Part shown: one piece after another, positions 34,906 to 45,458 of the stretch | Position numbering within the stretch: position 1 is the first letter of the stretch | Layout: the number at the start of each line of letters is the position of its first letter | Origin: a virus | IMG/VR virus record: IMGVR_UViG_3300032132_000001 | Location: 170,573 to 234,572 of that record | Direction: 5' to 3' (one strand) | DNA length: 64,000 bases | Position numbers and translations under genes: made by a program | Notes under the pieces: generated by a model | What the model was told of the DNA's origin: nothing | The model's input: only the letters and a program-made list of their open reading frames with translations | The model's database searches: none

Positions 34906-37900
34906 TGGATTTTCTGGAAAGAAAGCTCCTTCGGGAACTGAAGCAGCTCCTATCTGAGGCTAATGTTCCAGGTGAAGTAGTGGACCAGTCTCTGGTCGGA
35001 ATCCATGTGTATGCCCCTAACACGGAGCTACCACCTGGGGGAATCCCGCTCGACCCCAGAGTAGAAATCCATCCAGACACTAGATCTCGAACTATAATCA
35101 ACATTGAAGCCTATGGTAGGTCCGACTCTGCAGCTGTAGATTATCATCGTACCGGCCAAAATGACTTCAATGAACGGGGCGAATCCGAGTTCGTCAACGG
35201 CTTAGTAAAGTTCCAGCTCAATGGCGATCTTCACTATAAGGTAACATATAATCCAGCTTCTGAAGATAGGAGTATAGATGTAAGCGTTGAAGATGAGAGT
35301 GGAGAGACAACTAATGAGAAATATCTGACTCTGGGTCAGTTTCAGAAAAATGATCCGCAGGGCTTCCACATGTGGAAGCAGATGTATTATCAGTCTGCAT
35401 ATCAGGTGATGAATCTGCCTGATCAGCATCCCTCCAATAAATCATACCCAGGAGAGATCCTAAGAAGTGCTCCGTATGCGCTGCGTCCAGAGGGCATGGA
35501 AGATGAGGACTACGAAGAAGCTCAACGCCGGCTAGGAAAAGTCGAGCGTTCAAGGAAAGCTGGAGCCAAAGGCGGAAAAAAGACGAGAGGAGCAAGGCGA
35601 CAAGAACAGATCGGTAAAGGGGAGACACCTACCGAAGGGAAACCAGGTCTTTTTGACGCAGCAGAGACTATGAGCCCATTTCAACTGTTCATGGTATGGT
35701 TCCACGAGTTTTTGAGATCTCACGGGTATAACACGGACAGGCTAGCTGGATTCGGACCAGAATTTGACAGAGAAAGACCGCGAGAGCAAGAAGACGCTCG
35801 CAGATGGCAAGAAGCTCGTCAAGAAAGAGATGAGATTAGAGATAATCGAATCAACCAAAAACTTGACAATGACGACGACCATCTTATGACTCCAGATGAG
35901 GAGAGTTGGAGCCCTGGAACCAATGATCCTTGGACCTTGCAAGATGCTAGAGATTATCTATGGGATAAAGGGTACGGCGATCCCTCTATGGACCAGGTGA
36001 GGAAAGATGCACTCCTCAAACACTATTTCTTTGGTAAACCGATTACGGTGCCGAAACTTGCAGCGTCTTTACAGACAGCTCTCGACAGTAAGGGTAATAC
36101 GCTTGGCGTCGAGATCACAGATGTAGACGAAGATTTCCGATTTGGTCTCAAGTGGCTGATCAAGAATACCTGTAAAGAATGTCCAGACGCTACCGGAAGG
36201 ATAATGGGCCCAGACGGGAGGGCGGTTCCTTGTGGGGCTTGCAACGGTACAGGTGTGTCGCTCACAAGAGCGATCAAGCCAGTAGAAGATCGAAAGAAAG
36301 CGGAACAAGATAAACGCAGAAAACATGCCGATACCCCCAACCAAAGAAGAATTGCCCGCAAGCGCAGGCTCAAGAAGCGCGCGGGCCGTGGACGGAAGCC
36401 CGTAAAACCTGAAACTGACAAGCGAGCGCCATGGCGCAACATCGAAATCAGGGACATACCAGATATTGAAGACCCGCATCAACGTGCGGTGGCTCTTCGA
36501 ACTTGGCGTAGGCTAGAACATAAGAAGAGCAGGAGAGACTACAACTTCTCCAAAGAAGAGCTGGACCAAATACTGAAAGTCCGGAGAGGAGAGACTGGCC
36601 GAACATCAGCCGCAAAGTATCTCGCCCCAAGAGACATCATTTGGGCAGTATCCAAAGATGCCTACTGCCCATCTTGCGCTCAGAAGACTCTGACTCAGCG
36701 GAAAGGGGAAGGGTCCAGGAAAGTTGGCGAGCCTTCATCGATTGAAAAAGAAGGGTTCACTGGTTCTACCACGATGAGACTGGAAGGAGACAGTCTTATT
36801 TGTACTCAATGTGGAGATGCAGTAGCTCTAGATTCGATCAAGTGGATAGTAGTAAGTGATCTCTCTGATTATAACGAAGCTACCAAGGGCATGAAGGAAG
36901 GTAAGGAAGTTCCCTATTATCTCATCAGATTGAAACGCCTCGGTGAAAACAAAAAGTGGAAAGACCACGTGTTCATGTTGAAGCTGGAAGAGGGTCTTGG
37001 CTTCGACAGGAATAGGAACCTATCGGTAGGAGTTTCTAAGCGCCCGAATATCCCGAAAGGAAAGACAGCCAAAGCTGATGGATCTATCTATCACAAGGTC
37101 CAAGAAGGCGATGATCTAAAGAAACTTGCTAAGATATACTATGGCGATGCACATTACTCAGAAGAGATCTACCGAGCTAACGCCAATCTAAAAATGGAAC
37201 CGGGCCAAAAGTTGTTGATCCCAGTCATCTCGTTTGGTGAGGACAACGAGAGCATAAAAGAAACATTCCGCAAACTGATCAATGTGGCCAAGAAAAAGCG
37301 TGGTAAGAAAGGTGGAATGCCCGGCTATTTTGACATAGTAGAATTAGCCAACTGGAAAGACAAAGAGAGAACTAAAGATCTTTCACCAGATTCTCCAGGT
37401 TATTGGGTAGTGAAGTACAAAGTGAAAGAGTTTGGCACAGGACCTGGTGACGTCGAGCATGCCAAGACAGTGATCGATATCAATAGATCCAATGTTCTGA
37501 GAGATTGGAACAAACTCACTATAGATCTTACCCACCTCCTTGGCCTTACCAAGCAAGACCTTGCCTATCTCGGAGGGGAGATTGGGTCCGATTTCGCCAC
37601 AGGCGTTCAAGATGAGATCGAAGATCTCAATATGTATGATGTGGTGGATAAAGGTTTGGCGATGTACCTGGAGACCCTAAATACAGGAATAGTAGATCAA
37701 AGAAACATCCCACTCCAACCTCTCGATGATTATGCGCGAGCGCAAGATCGAGTCGCCAGTTTCATGCGCTATCTGCTCAATCCAAAGACTAAATGGATTC
37801 TCCGATTCCCTACTAGAGATGCTATAAGATCCATACTAAAAAGCTCGAAACCACAAGATACTCTAGATGCAGAGTCTGTGTTGGGAATAGCAAAGCTGAT

Positions 37901-39818
37901 TGCTAGTCCAGGGAGTGGCCATCTAAGGAAGATCAAGGATTTTATCTTAAACAAGATCAATGAGAGGCGAGTTTACGGTAGACCTTTAGAGCCTATAGCT
38001 TCTCTTTACGGGCCAAAACCAGATGGGACAGATCAAGATAGCTGGGAAGAATTCAAGCTTGAGAGGCTTACAGGGCTGTGGGAAAACTCGGCACGGTCAA
38101 TAGCCCTTATGACCAAAAAGTCTCCTCATATGGATGAAATGACTCCAAGAGAGGTAGAAGAATACTTGAACGACCATGTGATGCGTCGTACTAGAAACTA
38201 CGATTTCGATTTCGAACATGCCGACCAGAGAGGAAAAGAGCAAGCCGTAAGATTGGCAAATAACTTCGAATTCGTAGATCTGTTGAATGCACTTCAGCGG
38301 AAAGACAACCCATACGAGCGTGCCATAGAACGGATTACCTATGACATTTCAAGGCCGGGACCAGGCCGCCCTAATCTCGGAATTGGATTAGATGAAGAAG
38401 GAACTCGAATAGTACAAACTATCATCAATAACATCGTTGGACACAAGCTTGGCGAATCGCCAGACACTTACTATGAAAGGACTTATAAAGAGCGCCAAGC
38501 TGGAAGATCAAGTGCATATGCTGGAGAGTTTGACTATTATCTCGATGTCGCAGCAGAAATGCGATCGCTCGGGGACGTTCTAGAAGTTGATAGGATGAAC
38601 GTGACAAGCGGCTTAACTGCCGCTGGGCGAGAGTATGCCGCTGAGGTGGTGAATGGTCTCAAAGTAAGAGATGTCATCCAATTCGCACAAGAAAACGGTC
38701 TGCTTACCAGAGATGATGAATCTGAATCGCAAGTGTTTGATGAGGATACTATAGAGTCTATCTTGGATGACTATACTAACCTTGGTGTATATCGGCTAAT
38801 GAAGAGAGTGTCTGATACCATCAGGGGCACCGGCCAGATTCTCAATTGGGATGAAGCTTACACACATCTGGAGGAATATGCATCAGGAGAGCTTGGGACT
38901 GGATTCTCGTTCTCCGATCCACCAGATGTCAAGCGCGGAGTCCTAGCTATGTTCAATAAAATGGACGATGAGTTTTTCAGGAGAGTGCTGGAAGGATATA
39001 AGGGTATAGAGATAGAAGCTATAGTGAAGAAGAGTTCAGGAGTGGCGGCCAACCAAGAAGAGTTTAGTGCTATTCTCGGGAAATATGGTCTAACTATGGA
39101 GGACCTTTTGAGGCACCTATCTTCTCAGAAGGGGTTCGCTGAATTCGAAATGGACAAATATCTCCAGACTGTTGATATTGGTAGAGTTATGCGGCGCTTC
39201 CGGGAAAACCCAGAAGCACTCATGCAAATCGAGAGAGCTGCTACCGAGGATACCGGCGAATCAGAGTGGGAAGAATTTGTAGCAATCACCGATGAATTGG
39301 ATGCTCTCCAAAAGGTGTTGGATGTAGAGCAAAATAGAGAACAACGAGAACAACAATACATTAGAGTGAACGAGCTTGTAGATGCACTGACTAAGATCTA
39401 CAACTCTACTAAGATTGAAGATCTAAGAAATAGAGCCGCCGAAGTAATTGAACAAACAAAGAGACAGGAAGAGGTAGACGAAGAAGCTCCAGATGAAGAG
39501 AGGCCAGATGAAGATGAAGAAGAGCTAGTACACGAGCCTCTTGAAGATGAAGAAGAGGAAGAAGACGAAGATGATGTATATGCTACAGTAGCAGGCCGCG
39601 CTGCTCAGAGAGCAGCTGCTGTTGTTCGTAGTCCAGAGCCGGAAGAGCCAGATGTACCGAAAGCGCCTAAGATGTCGGACGAACAGCAGCAGATTTACAA
39701 TTATTACGCGTCCGAATTCCGGTCTGAGCACCCCGACTGGACCGATGAACAGGTAGATGCTGCAGCTAAGAAAGAGTTGGCAGCCGGCGGATATATGGAC
39801 CCAAGCCAGATGATGTAG
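34905..39818 (+). CDS. giant protein (1637 aa) with Zn ribbons, a LysM peptidoglycan-binding domain and a poly-acidic C-terminus; virion-associated or ejection protein candidate
   Basis: ORF track; LysM KVQEGDDLKKLAKIYYGDAHYSEEIYRANANLKMEPGQKLLIPV; CKECPDATGR...CGACNGTG; C-terminal EDEEEEEDEDD; lies just upstream of the tail module. Confidence 0.6.
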   Translation: MDFLERKLLRELKQLLSEANVPGEVVDQSLVGIHVYAPNTELPPGGIPLDPRVEIHPDTRSRTIINIEAYGRSDSAAVDYHRTGQNDFNERGESEFVNGLVKFQLNGDLHYKVTYNPASEDRSIDVSVEDESGETTNEKYLTLGQFQKNDPQGFHMWKQMYYQSAYQVMNLPDQHPSNKSYPGEILRSAPYALRPEGMEDEDYEEAQRRLGKVERSRKAGAKGGKKTRGARRQEQIGKGETPTEGKPGLFDAAETMSPFQLFMVWFHEFLRSHGYNTDRLAGFGPEFDRERPREQEDARRWQEARQERDEIRDNRINQKLDNDDDHLMTPDEESWSPGTNDPWTLQDARDYLWDKGYGDPSMDQVRKDALLKHYFFGKPITVPKLAASLQTALDSKGNTLGVEITDVDEDFRFGLKWLIKNTCKECPDATGRIMGPDGRAVPCGACNGTGVSLTRAIKPVEDRKKAEQDKRRKHADTPNQRRIARKRRLKKRAGRGRKPVKPETDKRAPWRNIEIRDIPDIEDPHQRAVALRTWRRLEHKKSRRDYNFSKEELDQILKVRRGETGRTSAAKYLAPRDIIWAVSKDAYCPSCAQKTLTQRKGEGSRKVGEPSSIEKEGFTGSTTMRLEGDSLICTQCGDAVALDSIKWIVVSDLSDYNEATKGMKEGKEVPYYLIRLKRLGENKKWKDHVFMLKLEEGLGFDRNRNLSVGVSKRPNIPKGKTAKADGSIYHKVQEGDDLKKLAKIYYGDAHYSEEIYRANANLKMEPGQKLLIPVISFGEDNESIKETFRKLINVAKKKRGKKGGMPGYFDIVELANWKDKERTKDLSPDSPGYWVVKYKVKEFGTGPGDVEHAKTVIDINRSNVLRDWNKLTIDLTHLLGLTKQDLAYLGGEIGSDFATGVQDEIEDLNMYDVVDKGLAMYLETLNTGIVDQRNIPLQPLDDYARAQDRVASFMRYLLNPKTKWILRFPTRDAIRSILKSSKPQDTLDAESVLGIAKLIASPGSGHLRKIKDFILNKINERRVYGRPLEPIASLYGPKPDGTDQDSWEEFKLERLTGLWENSARSIALMTKKSPHMDEMTPREVEEYLNDHVMRRTRNYDFDFEHADQRGKEQAVRLANNFEFVDLLNALQRKDNPYERAIERITYDISRPGPGRPNLGIGLDEEGTRIVQTIINNIVGHKLGESPDTYYERTYKERQAGRSSAYAGEFDYYLDVAAEMRSLGDVLEVDRMNVTSGLTAAGREYAAEVVNGLKVRDVIQFAQENGLLTRDDESESQVFDEDTIESILDDYTNLGVYRLMKRVSDTIRGTGQILNWDEAYTHLEEYASGELGTGFSFSDPPDVKRGVLAMFNKMDDEFFRRVLEGYKGIEIEAIVKKSSGVAANQEEFSAILGKYGLTMEDLLRHLSSQKGFAEFEMDKYLQTVDIGRVMRRFRENPEALMQIERAATEDTGESEWEEFVAITDELDALQKVLDVEQNREQREQQYIRVNELVDALTKIYNSTKIEDLRNRAAEVIEQTKRQEEVDEEAPDEERPDEDEEELVHEPLEDEEEEEDEDDVYATVAGRAAQRAAAVVRSPEPEEPDVPKAPKMSDEQQQIYNYYASEFRSEHPDWTDEQVDAAAKKELAAGGYMDPSQMM

Positions 39819-39835
39819 TAGCCCAAATATATAGT

Positions 39836-40435
39836 ATGGCAATCCACAACTTCGGTCAGATGAAAGAGCAGTTCGTTACTATAGAGAAAATTCCCGATTT
39901 CCGCTCGGAAGTCGAGAAACAGTTCACTCCTCTTTCGATCTACGACCACGACAAACCAGATATCGCACTAGCTGAAAGATGGTCCGAAGAGATTGTAAAC
40001 CTCTCCGGGGCCTGGTGCACATTATACACCTATATCCCCAAACCAGATTCTGCGTTGGATACTTGGGATCAAGACGAGAAGCCTATATACTCTACCCCTA
40101 AGAATATGAAGGCTTTCTTCAAGCCAGAAGAATCAAGGTTTGAGTACACGAGGTGGGGACTGGACATTCCGATCAAGGCGACTGTTGTCTTCTCTCGCGC
40201 TGTGATCTTCAAAGAGCTTGGAGCCAGACAGATAGTCCCCGGCGATATTATAGAACTTCCGTACAACGTCCCGTCTCAGACTGAGAAAATGAGGCCCAAA
40301 AGATTCCAGGTAACCAACGCCTTCTCCTCTGGAATGTTTTTGTACAGATGGTTGTACATCACCTGTGCTTGCATCTTGATCCCAGGCGATGTAGACCTAA
40401 ACGTAGTCCATCGTGGAATTGGTGGGCTGCTATGA
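39836..40435 (+). CDS. hypothetical protein (199 aa)
   Basis: ORF track; CCAAATATATAGT abuts the ATG. Confidence 0.5.
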   Translation: MAIHNFGQMKEQFVTIEKIPDFRSEVEKQFTPLSIYDHDKPDIALAERWSEEIVNLSGAWCTLYTYIPKPDSALDTWDQDEKPIYSTPKNMKAFFKPEESRFEYTRWGLDIPIKATVVFSRAVIFKELGARQIVPGDIIELPYNVPSQTEKMRPKRFQVTNAFSSGMFLYRWLYITCACILIPGDVDLNVVHRGIGGLL

Positions 40436-40866
40436 TAAAATCTGGTGACATCAAAAAGCTTGTGCAGCATATGGCGAAAGATGTTGGTGATATCTCTAGG
40501 AAAATCGGCGGTGATCTCCAAGTAGAGACTAAGAGAGAAATCATAAAGCGATATGATAGAGTGGATGATTCTCCTGGAGGGGAGAAAGGAGCAGATCTAA
40601 TAAATCTGCCATATGGTGTAAATATTAGCCGTCAGAAGATCGTAAACTCTATCCTACCGAAGCAGATGCCAAAATCAGGGACCGATGCAGATCGGTTCGG
40701 GTTGTGGGTCCCAGGAGATCCAAGCGATAATAGCACAATCGCATATCAAGCATATGTGTTCGAGTGGCTAGGCAGTAAGCCATGGCGGATGACTAGAAAT
40801 AACATAAGAGACGTGATCCAAAGAGTAGCCAAAGGTAGTATCACTTACCTTGGCGAGAAATCATGA
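40432..40866 (+). CDS. hypothetical protein (144 aa)
   Basis: Track ORF 40348..40866; I prefer the ATG at 40432 (ATGA overlap with the upstream stop). Confidence 0.45.
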   Translation: MIKSGDIKKLVQHMAKDVGDISRKIGGDLQVETKREIIKRYDRVDDSPGGEKGADLINLPYGVNISRQKIVNSILPKQMPKSGTDADRFGLWVPGDPSDNSTIAYQAYVFEWLGSKPWRMTRNNIRDVIQRVAKGSITYLGEKS

Positions 40867-41717
40867 TATACGATTTTACCTCTAGGCCCAAGAAAGTAAA
40901 AGATGGGATAATCCCTGAGCGGAGCCCGGCTATCTCCCAGGAGCCGTATGCCGCCGACCCAGTAGAAAGGGCAAGTAAAGATCTATTTGAGCTTGTCAAC
41001 CGCCAGCCTAACGATGTACAATCTCTACTAGTTCCGGGTTTCAAGGCTCTAGATGAAGGGATAGTCCAATGGCTTAACGATATCGTTGTTCCATCTGCCA
41101 CTGGCGTAAAAAGGATGACTACGCGTGTTGCTGGTGGCGATAAGACTATCTTATTCTGGAAGCAAAACTTTAAGACTGGCCGGATCAAGCTTCCAGTCTG
41201 CTCTGTGAACCGCACCTCATGGCGCTTCTTTGAGCAGAAGTTCAACCCGGCGTACCTGCCAGCTACTCGTGGGTTTACTGACCGGCACGGCACGCACATG
41301 AGATTGACTTACCGTCCGTGGCCAGCGATGGTTGACTATCAGCTATCGATCTGGACAGAGTGGAAGCCAGATATGGAATATATCCAATACCAGATCGTGA
41401 CCAGATTCGACCCTCTTGCAGAAATAGACATCGAAGATGAACACCTTCGTGGTAGAGTTCAGATAAAACTAAACAACGTCACTGACAGTAGTGACAAAGA
41501 AGTCGATGCCGAATCCAGAGCTGAAGTGAGATATGATATCGATATCTCGTGTGAAGCTTGGTTACCACATCCAGCTAAGATTATACCTACGGTCCTTGGA
41601 CATGTAGGAACTCTACATGAGTTCGACGGTACGTTCCTTGATATCGTAGGTTTCAAAAATAGCAATGTGGAAATTGATGGGTTTGAAATAGGCCCAGAAT
41701 CAATAGGAGGAGTATGA
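40863..41717 (+). CDS. hypothetical protein (284 aa); tail completion or terminator candidate by position
   Basis: ORF track; ATGA-type coupling; two genes upstream of the sheath gene. Confidence 0.45.
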   Translation: MIYDFTSRPKKVKDGIIPERSPAISQEPYAADPVERASKDLFELVNRQPNDVQSLLVPGFKALDEGIVQWLNDIVVPSATGVKRMTTRVAGGDKTILFWKQNFKTGRIKLPVCSVNRTSWRFFEQKFNPAYLPATRGFTDRHGTHMRLTYRPWPAMVDYQLSIWTEWKPDMEYIQYQIVTRFDPLAEIDIEDEHLRGRVQIKLNNVTDSSDKEVDAESRAEVRYDIDISCEAWLPHPAKIIPTVLGHVGTLHEFDGTFLDIVGFKNSNVEIDGFEIGPESIGGV

Positions 41718-42004
41718 TGGACAGGCCGTTGACCCAGCGAGAAATCCGGGCAAGGAAAAGATCTCGGAAAGAGATCAGCTACGTGATGCTGTACAACCCA
41801 AAACGGATGGCTATCCCCATTCAACTATCCCCGCCACCAGGCTGGGACTTTTGGACTGGCGAGCAGACCGTTCAGCTGAAAGGCCGGGAACAATGCAAGT
41901 TTCCAGCACACAGACTGAATGAAGATCAGATCGTCAATCTAGAGAAGAAAGGGATGCTAAAAGTCCTATCCGGCCATCAACATTTGGGTAAGCGTCTTAC
42001 GTAG
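41714..42004 (+). CDS. hypothetical protein (96 aa)
   Basis: ORF track; coupled to the upstream gene. Confidence 0.4.
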   Translation: MMDRPLTQREIRARKRSRKEISYVMLYNPKRMAIPIQLSPPPGWDFWTGEQTVQLKGREQCKFPAHRLNEDQIVNLEKKGMLKVLSGHQHLGKRLT

Positions 42005-42050
42005 CAATTATTGATCAAATATACTCCAAAGATAAGTCGGAGGTCCAGAA

Positions 42051-44909
42051 ATGGCCGTATTTTTGTCACCGGGCGTTTTCCCGAACGAGATTGATCTGAG
42101 CGTACTGCCAACGGCGGTCGGTCCGCTCCGTCCTGTCTTCATTGGGACCGCACAGAAAGGCCCGGTTAACGAACCGGTCTTCGTTTCTAACTCCCAGCAG
42201 GCGTTGGACAGCTTCGGCGATCCAATCCCCGAGTCTCCTCTCATGTACGGTGTACTTGCGTATATGGAAGAGGGGAACCAGGCTTACATCCTGCGTGTGG
42301 GTATCGAATGCGAAGCAGGTCAAGTCGAAGATTTGGCCGATGTATGCATCGACACGAGCGGCAATAGGGTGGAAGGTTGGGGTCGGATTCCAGTGTTTAC
42401 TGGAATCGACTTTGGGCGGATTCAGCTCCGCAACGCCTCCTCTGACGCGCCGTACGAGTTCCACATCGCATCGGTAGACGACGAGACCTACAACGACATC
42501 GACGTCTCAACCACTGATGGGCCGACCTCCGCATCTATCGCCCTAAGTGGTACCTACTCAGGCTCAATCGATGATAGCTTCATCGTCCTGATCAAGACGG
42601 ACCCCGACCCATCTTCAGGCGATACTCTAGACGGTGCTGAGTACGACGTAATCAGGAACAGCGATGGTGTTGTAGTGTCGGATGGCACGCTCACTGTCAG
42701 TGGTACACCTGGTGTGTCGGTACCGTTCGATATCGGTACTGGTGATGAAGCCTCTGGCCTGACCGCCGTTATCACAGTCGTAGGCTCTTCCCCGCTAGAA
42801 TCGAACGATACGTTCACGTTCGTGGTAGCGCCGGATAATACCACCTTCGCAGTGGAGATCGAGGGACTGGCAAGTTCGCCAGTATCCTTCTCCTTCGGCG
42901 ATGGTGAGACTTACTCCAGCAACGAAGATCTCGCGGACGCGTTCAACCTACTAGTTGGTAGTGGAGTTGACTTCCTAGCGATCGCCCTCGACGATGAGAA
43001 CCTCTACATCCGTACCAAGGTCGCAGGTGAGCGAATTCAGGTTGTGGATACTGAGGGATGGGCACTAGAAGCCGGCATCCAGAAGTGGGCATGGGACATC
43101 CCGCGCAGCTTCCTGATGAGCACCGACTCTGGTCCATACATCATCACAACATCCAATAACCGCGTCAACACGCTGGTGATTGGTGACGGATCCCAGACAG
43201 AACTAGAAGTGACCATCCCAGTCGGCACTGGGCTATCCCCGGCTGCCGTGGCGGCATCTCTAGATCTTGGTGGTGTCCAGGCTGGTGAAGCGTTCTACGA
43301 AGCGTTCGCACTGCAAGTGACTGATGACGACGCCCAAGTTACTATGGTAACTGTGGTCGGACACCAGTTTGACACACTCAAGATGCAGGCTGATTTCAGC
43401 CACATTCAGACTCTACGGTTCACGGAAGAGCTGGTAATCCCGTTCCCTTACACAAGGAACTACAGAGGATTCAGCGATCCGAGACTCTCGCTACCGGATA
43501 CTGGCACTATCACTCCTTCGTCTCCGCTCTCCTGTGAGCTAGACCCAGCGAGCGATGAGTGTGCCGCAGATTCCGCGTACTTCGCGGACATCGTGGGTTG
43601 GTTGGTAGCCAAGAGCCCAGGCACATGGCTCGACGGTTATACCGTCAATGTCGAGCTATTCCAGGATTCTGGCAACCTCTTCACCTTGGAGATCTACAAC
43701 GATCAAGGTGTACTGGTTGATCGCACTGAGGCTCTGAGCTTCGATCCGAGAGAAGACAGATACATCGCCAACGTGATCAACGAAGGATCACCGCTTGGCG
43801 GCCAAAACGGCAACGCATGGGTCCAATGGGAAGACCGCCCAGGTTTCCTAGGTAACGATCCAGATGACGCCTCCACGTTCGAAGTACGCCTGCCGAGTCA
43901 GTTCTTCGGTAAGGAGTTCGGCGGCATGGCAAATGGTATCCCACCAAGCGCAGAGTACAGCTCTGAGCTAGACAGGGCTATCATCGGTAACCCAGCCGAG
44001 TCTACTGGAATGTTCGCGTTCCAGAACCCGGAAACCTTCGACTTCAACCTTCTGATCATCCCAGGTATCAGCTCTGGTGCTGTAATCGCACAAGGTCTAC
44101 AGCTCTGTGAGAGCCGTGGCGACTGCCTCTTCATCATCGACCCGCCGTTCGGCCTAAGGCCACAGCAGGTCGTGGACTGGCACAACGGCATGCTCCTCAG
44201 TGACCTCACCGCTGCGATCAACTCCAGCTATGGTGCGCTGTACTGGTCATGGTTGAAGATCTTCGATCAGTTCAATGGTGGCGAGATCTTCATCCCGCCG
44301 AGTGGTCACGTAGCCTCGGTCTTCTCGCGTACAGCGCGTGTGGCTGAGCAGTGGTTCGCTCCAGCTGGCCTAAACCGTGGTCGTCTACTCACTGCCCTAG
44401 ATGTCGAGTTCAACCCGACCAAGGGCGAACGCGATCTACTATACGGAAGTGGTAACGCGGTCAACCCAATCGTGAACTTCCCACAGGATGGTATTGTGGT
44501 CTTCGGTCAGCGCACTCTCCAGCGCCGTCAATCGGCTCTGGATCGCGTGAACGTCCGAATGCTGCTCATCTTCCTCAAGAAGAACCTAATCAGGTTGCTC
44601 CGCAACTTCCTATTCGAGCCGAATGACCGGATCCTATGGGAGCAGGTCATCAACGTGGTTAACCCATTCCTCGGAGATGTGCTGGCACGTCGTGGTCTCA
44701 CTGCCTTCAAGACGGTAGTAGATGAGACTAACAACACTCCAGAGCGAATCGACAGGAACGAGCTTTGGGTGTCTATTTTCCTGAAACCTACGAGAGCAGT
44801 AGAATTCATCGTACTCAACCTTGTTGTCTTGCGTACCGAAGCTTCGTTCACCTCAGAAGAGGTCCTCGCGGCTGGTGGCGTAACAACTTCGACAACGGGT
44901 CCATTCTAA
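42051..44909 (+). CDS. contractile tail sheath protein
   Basis: 952 aa; N-terminus AVFLSPGVFPNEIDLS matches the sheath N-terminal PGVYxEEID motif; conserved C-terminal region; GGAGG RBS. Confidence 0.75.
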   Translation: MAVFLSPGVFPNEIDLSVLPTAVGPLRPVFIGTAQKGPVNEPVFVSNSQQALDSFGDPIPESPLMYGVLAYMEEGNQAYILRVGIECEAGQVEDLADVCIDTSGNRVEGWGRIPVFTGIDFGRIQLRNASSDAPYEFHIASVDDETYNDIDVSTTDGPTSASIALSGTYSGSIDDSFIVLIKTDPDPSSGDTLDGAEYDVIRNSDGVVVSDGTLTVSGTPGVSVPFDIGTGDEASGLTAVITVVGSSPLESNDTFTFVVAPDNTTFAVEIEGLASSPVSFSFGDGETYSSNEDLADAFNLLVGSGVDFLAIALDDENLYIRTKVAGERIQVVDTEGWALEAGIQKWAWDIPRSFLMSTDSGPYIITTSNNRVNTLVIGDGSQTELEVTIPVGTGLSPAAVAASLDLGGVQAGEAFYEAFALQVTDDDAQVTMVTVVGHQFDTLKMQADFSHIQTLRFTEELVIPFPYTRNYRGFSDPRLSLPDTGTITPSSPLSCELDPASDECAADSAYFADIVGWLVAKSPGTWLDGYTVNVELFQDSGNLFTLEIYNDQGVLVDRTEALSFDPREDRYIANVINEGSPLGGQNGNAWVQWEDRPGFLGNDPDDASTFEVRLPSQFFGKEFGGMANGIPPSAEYSSELDRAIIGNPAESTGMFAFQNPETFDFNLLIIPGISSGAVIAQGLQLCESRGDCLFIIDPPFGLRPQQVVDWHNGMLLSDLTAAINSSYGALYWSWLKIFDQFNGGEIFIPPSGHVASVFSRTARVAEQWFAPAGLNRGRLLTALDVEFNPTKGERDLLYGSGNAVNPIVNFPQDGIVVFGQRTLQRRQSALDRVNVRMLLIFLKKNLIRLLRNFLFEPNDRILWEQVINVVNPFLGDVLARRGLTAFKTVVDETNNTPERIDRNELWVSIFLKPTRAVEFIVLNLVVLRTEASFTSEEVLAAGGVTTSTTGPF

Positions 44910-44921
44910 CCGAGGTGAGAG

Positions 44922-45446
44922 ATGCCAGGTTTTCAAATTAGTGGAAGTGGCGGCGGCCCTGGTCCGCGTAACGTCGTAGAAACTCGTCGTAAACACCGTT
45001 GGGTGTTCCGTGCTTTCGGCGGAGCTGTTGCCGATGACGTGCTGCTCCACCTACAAAGAGCGCAGCGCCCGAAGCATAGCTACGAAGAAGCGGTAATGCA
45101 CCACAACCAGGAAGAAGTCTACTTTCCTGGTAAGACAAAGTGGGAACCGATTACACTCGGATTCTACGATGCTCTCCAGCAGCCTGACTCTTCGCTGGCT
45201 ATGTGGAACTGGCTAAACGTAACTGTGCAGCCATCTGTGGCTTCTGCCAACATGAACTACCCAGAGACCCTCAAGAAGGATGGTACTCTGGAAATGCTCG
45301 ACGGCTTGAATGCCCCAAAGGGCAAGTGGAAGCTTTTCGGCATCTGGCCACGCGAGACTAACTGGCAAGATCTCGATTACACTTCCAGTGAGATCATGTT
45401 GATTGAAGTGGTTATGAGGTTCGACCGCGCAATCAAAGAATCCTAA
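44922..45446 (+). CDS. tail tube protein, paralog 1
   Basis: 174 aa; N-terminus MPGFQISGSGGGPGPRNVVETRRKHRW parallels the next gene's MPGFEIGNGGGGPANNLPTFRQHRW; follows the sheath gene as gp19 does in T4. Confidence 0.5.
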   Translation: MPGFQISGSGGGPGPRNVVETRRKHRWVFRAFGGAVADDVLLHLQRAQRPKHSYEEAVMHHNQEEVYFPGKTKWEPITLGFYDALQQPDSSLAMWNWLNVTVQPSVASANMNYPETLKKDGTLEMLDGLNAPKGKWKLFGIWPRETNWQDLDYTSSEIMLIEVVMRFDRAIKES

Positions 45447-45458
45447 GATAGATATGGT

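Noticed and set aside
36023-36630. Minus-strand ORFs inside the giant gene
   Set aside because: Antisense to a 4.9-kb continuous ORF; Ser/Leu/Arg-rich junk composition.
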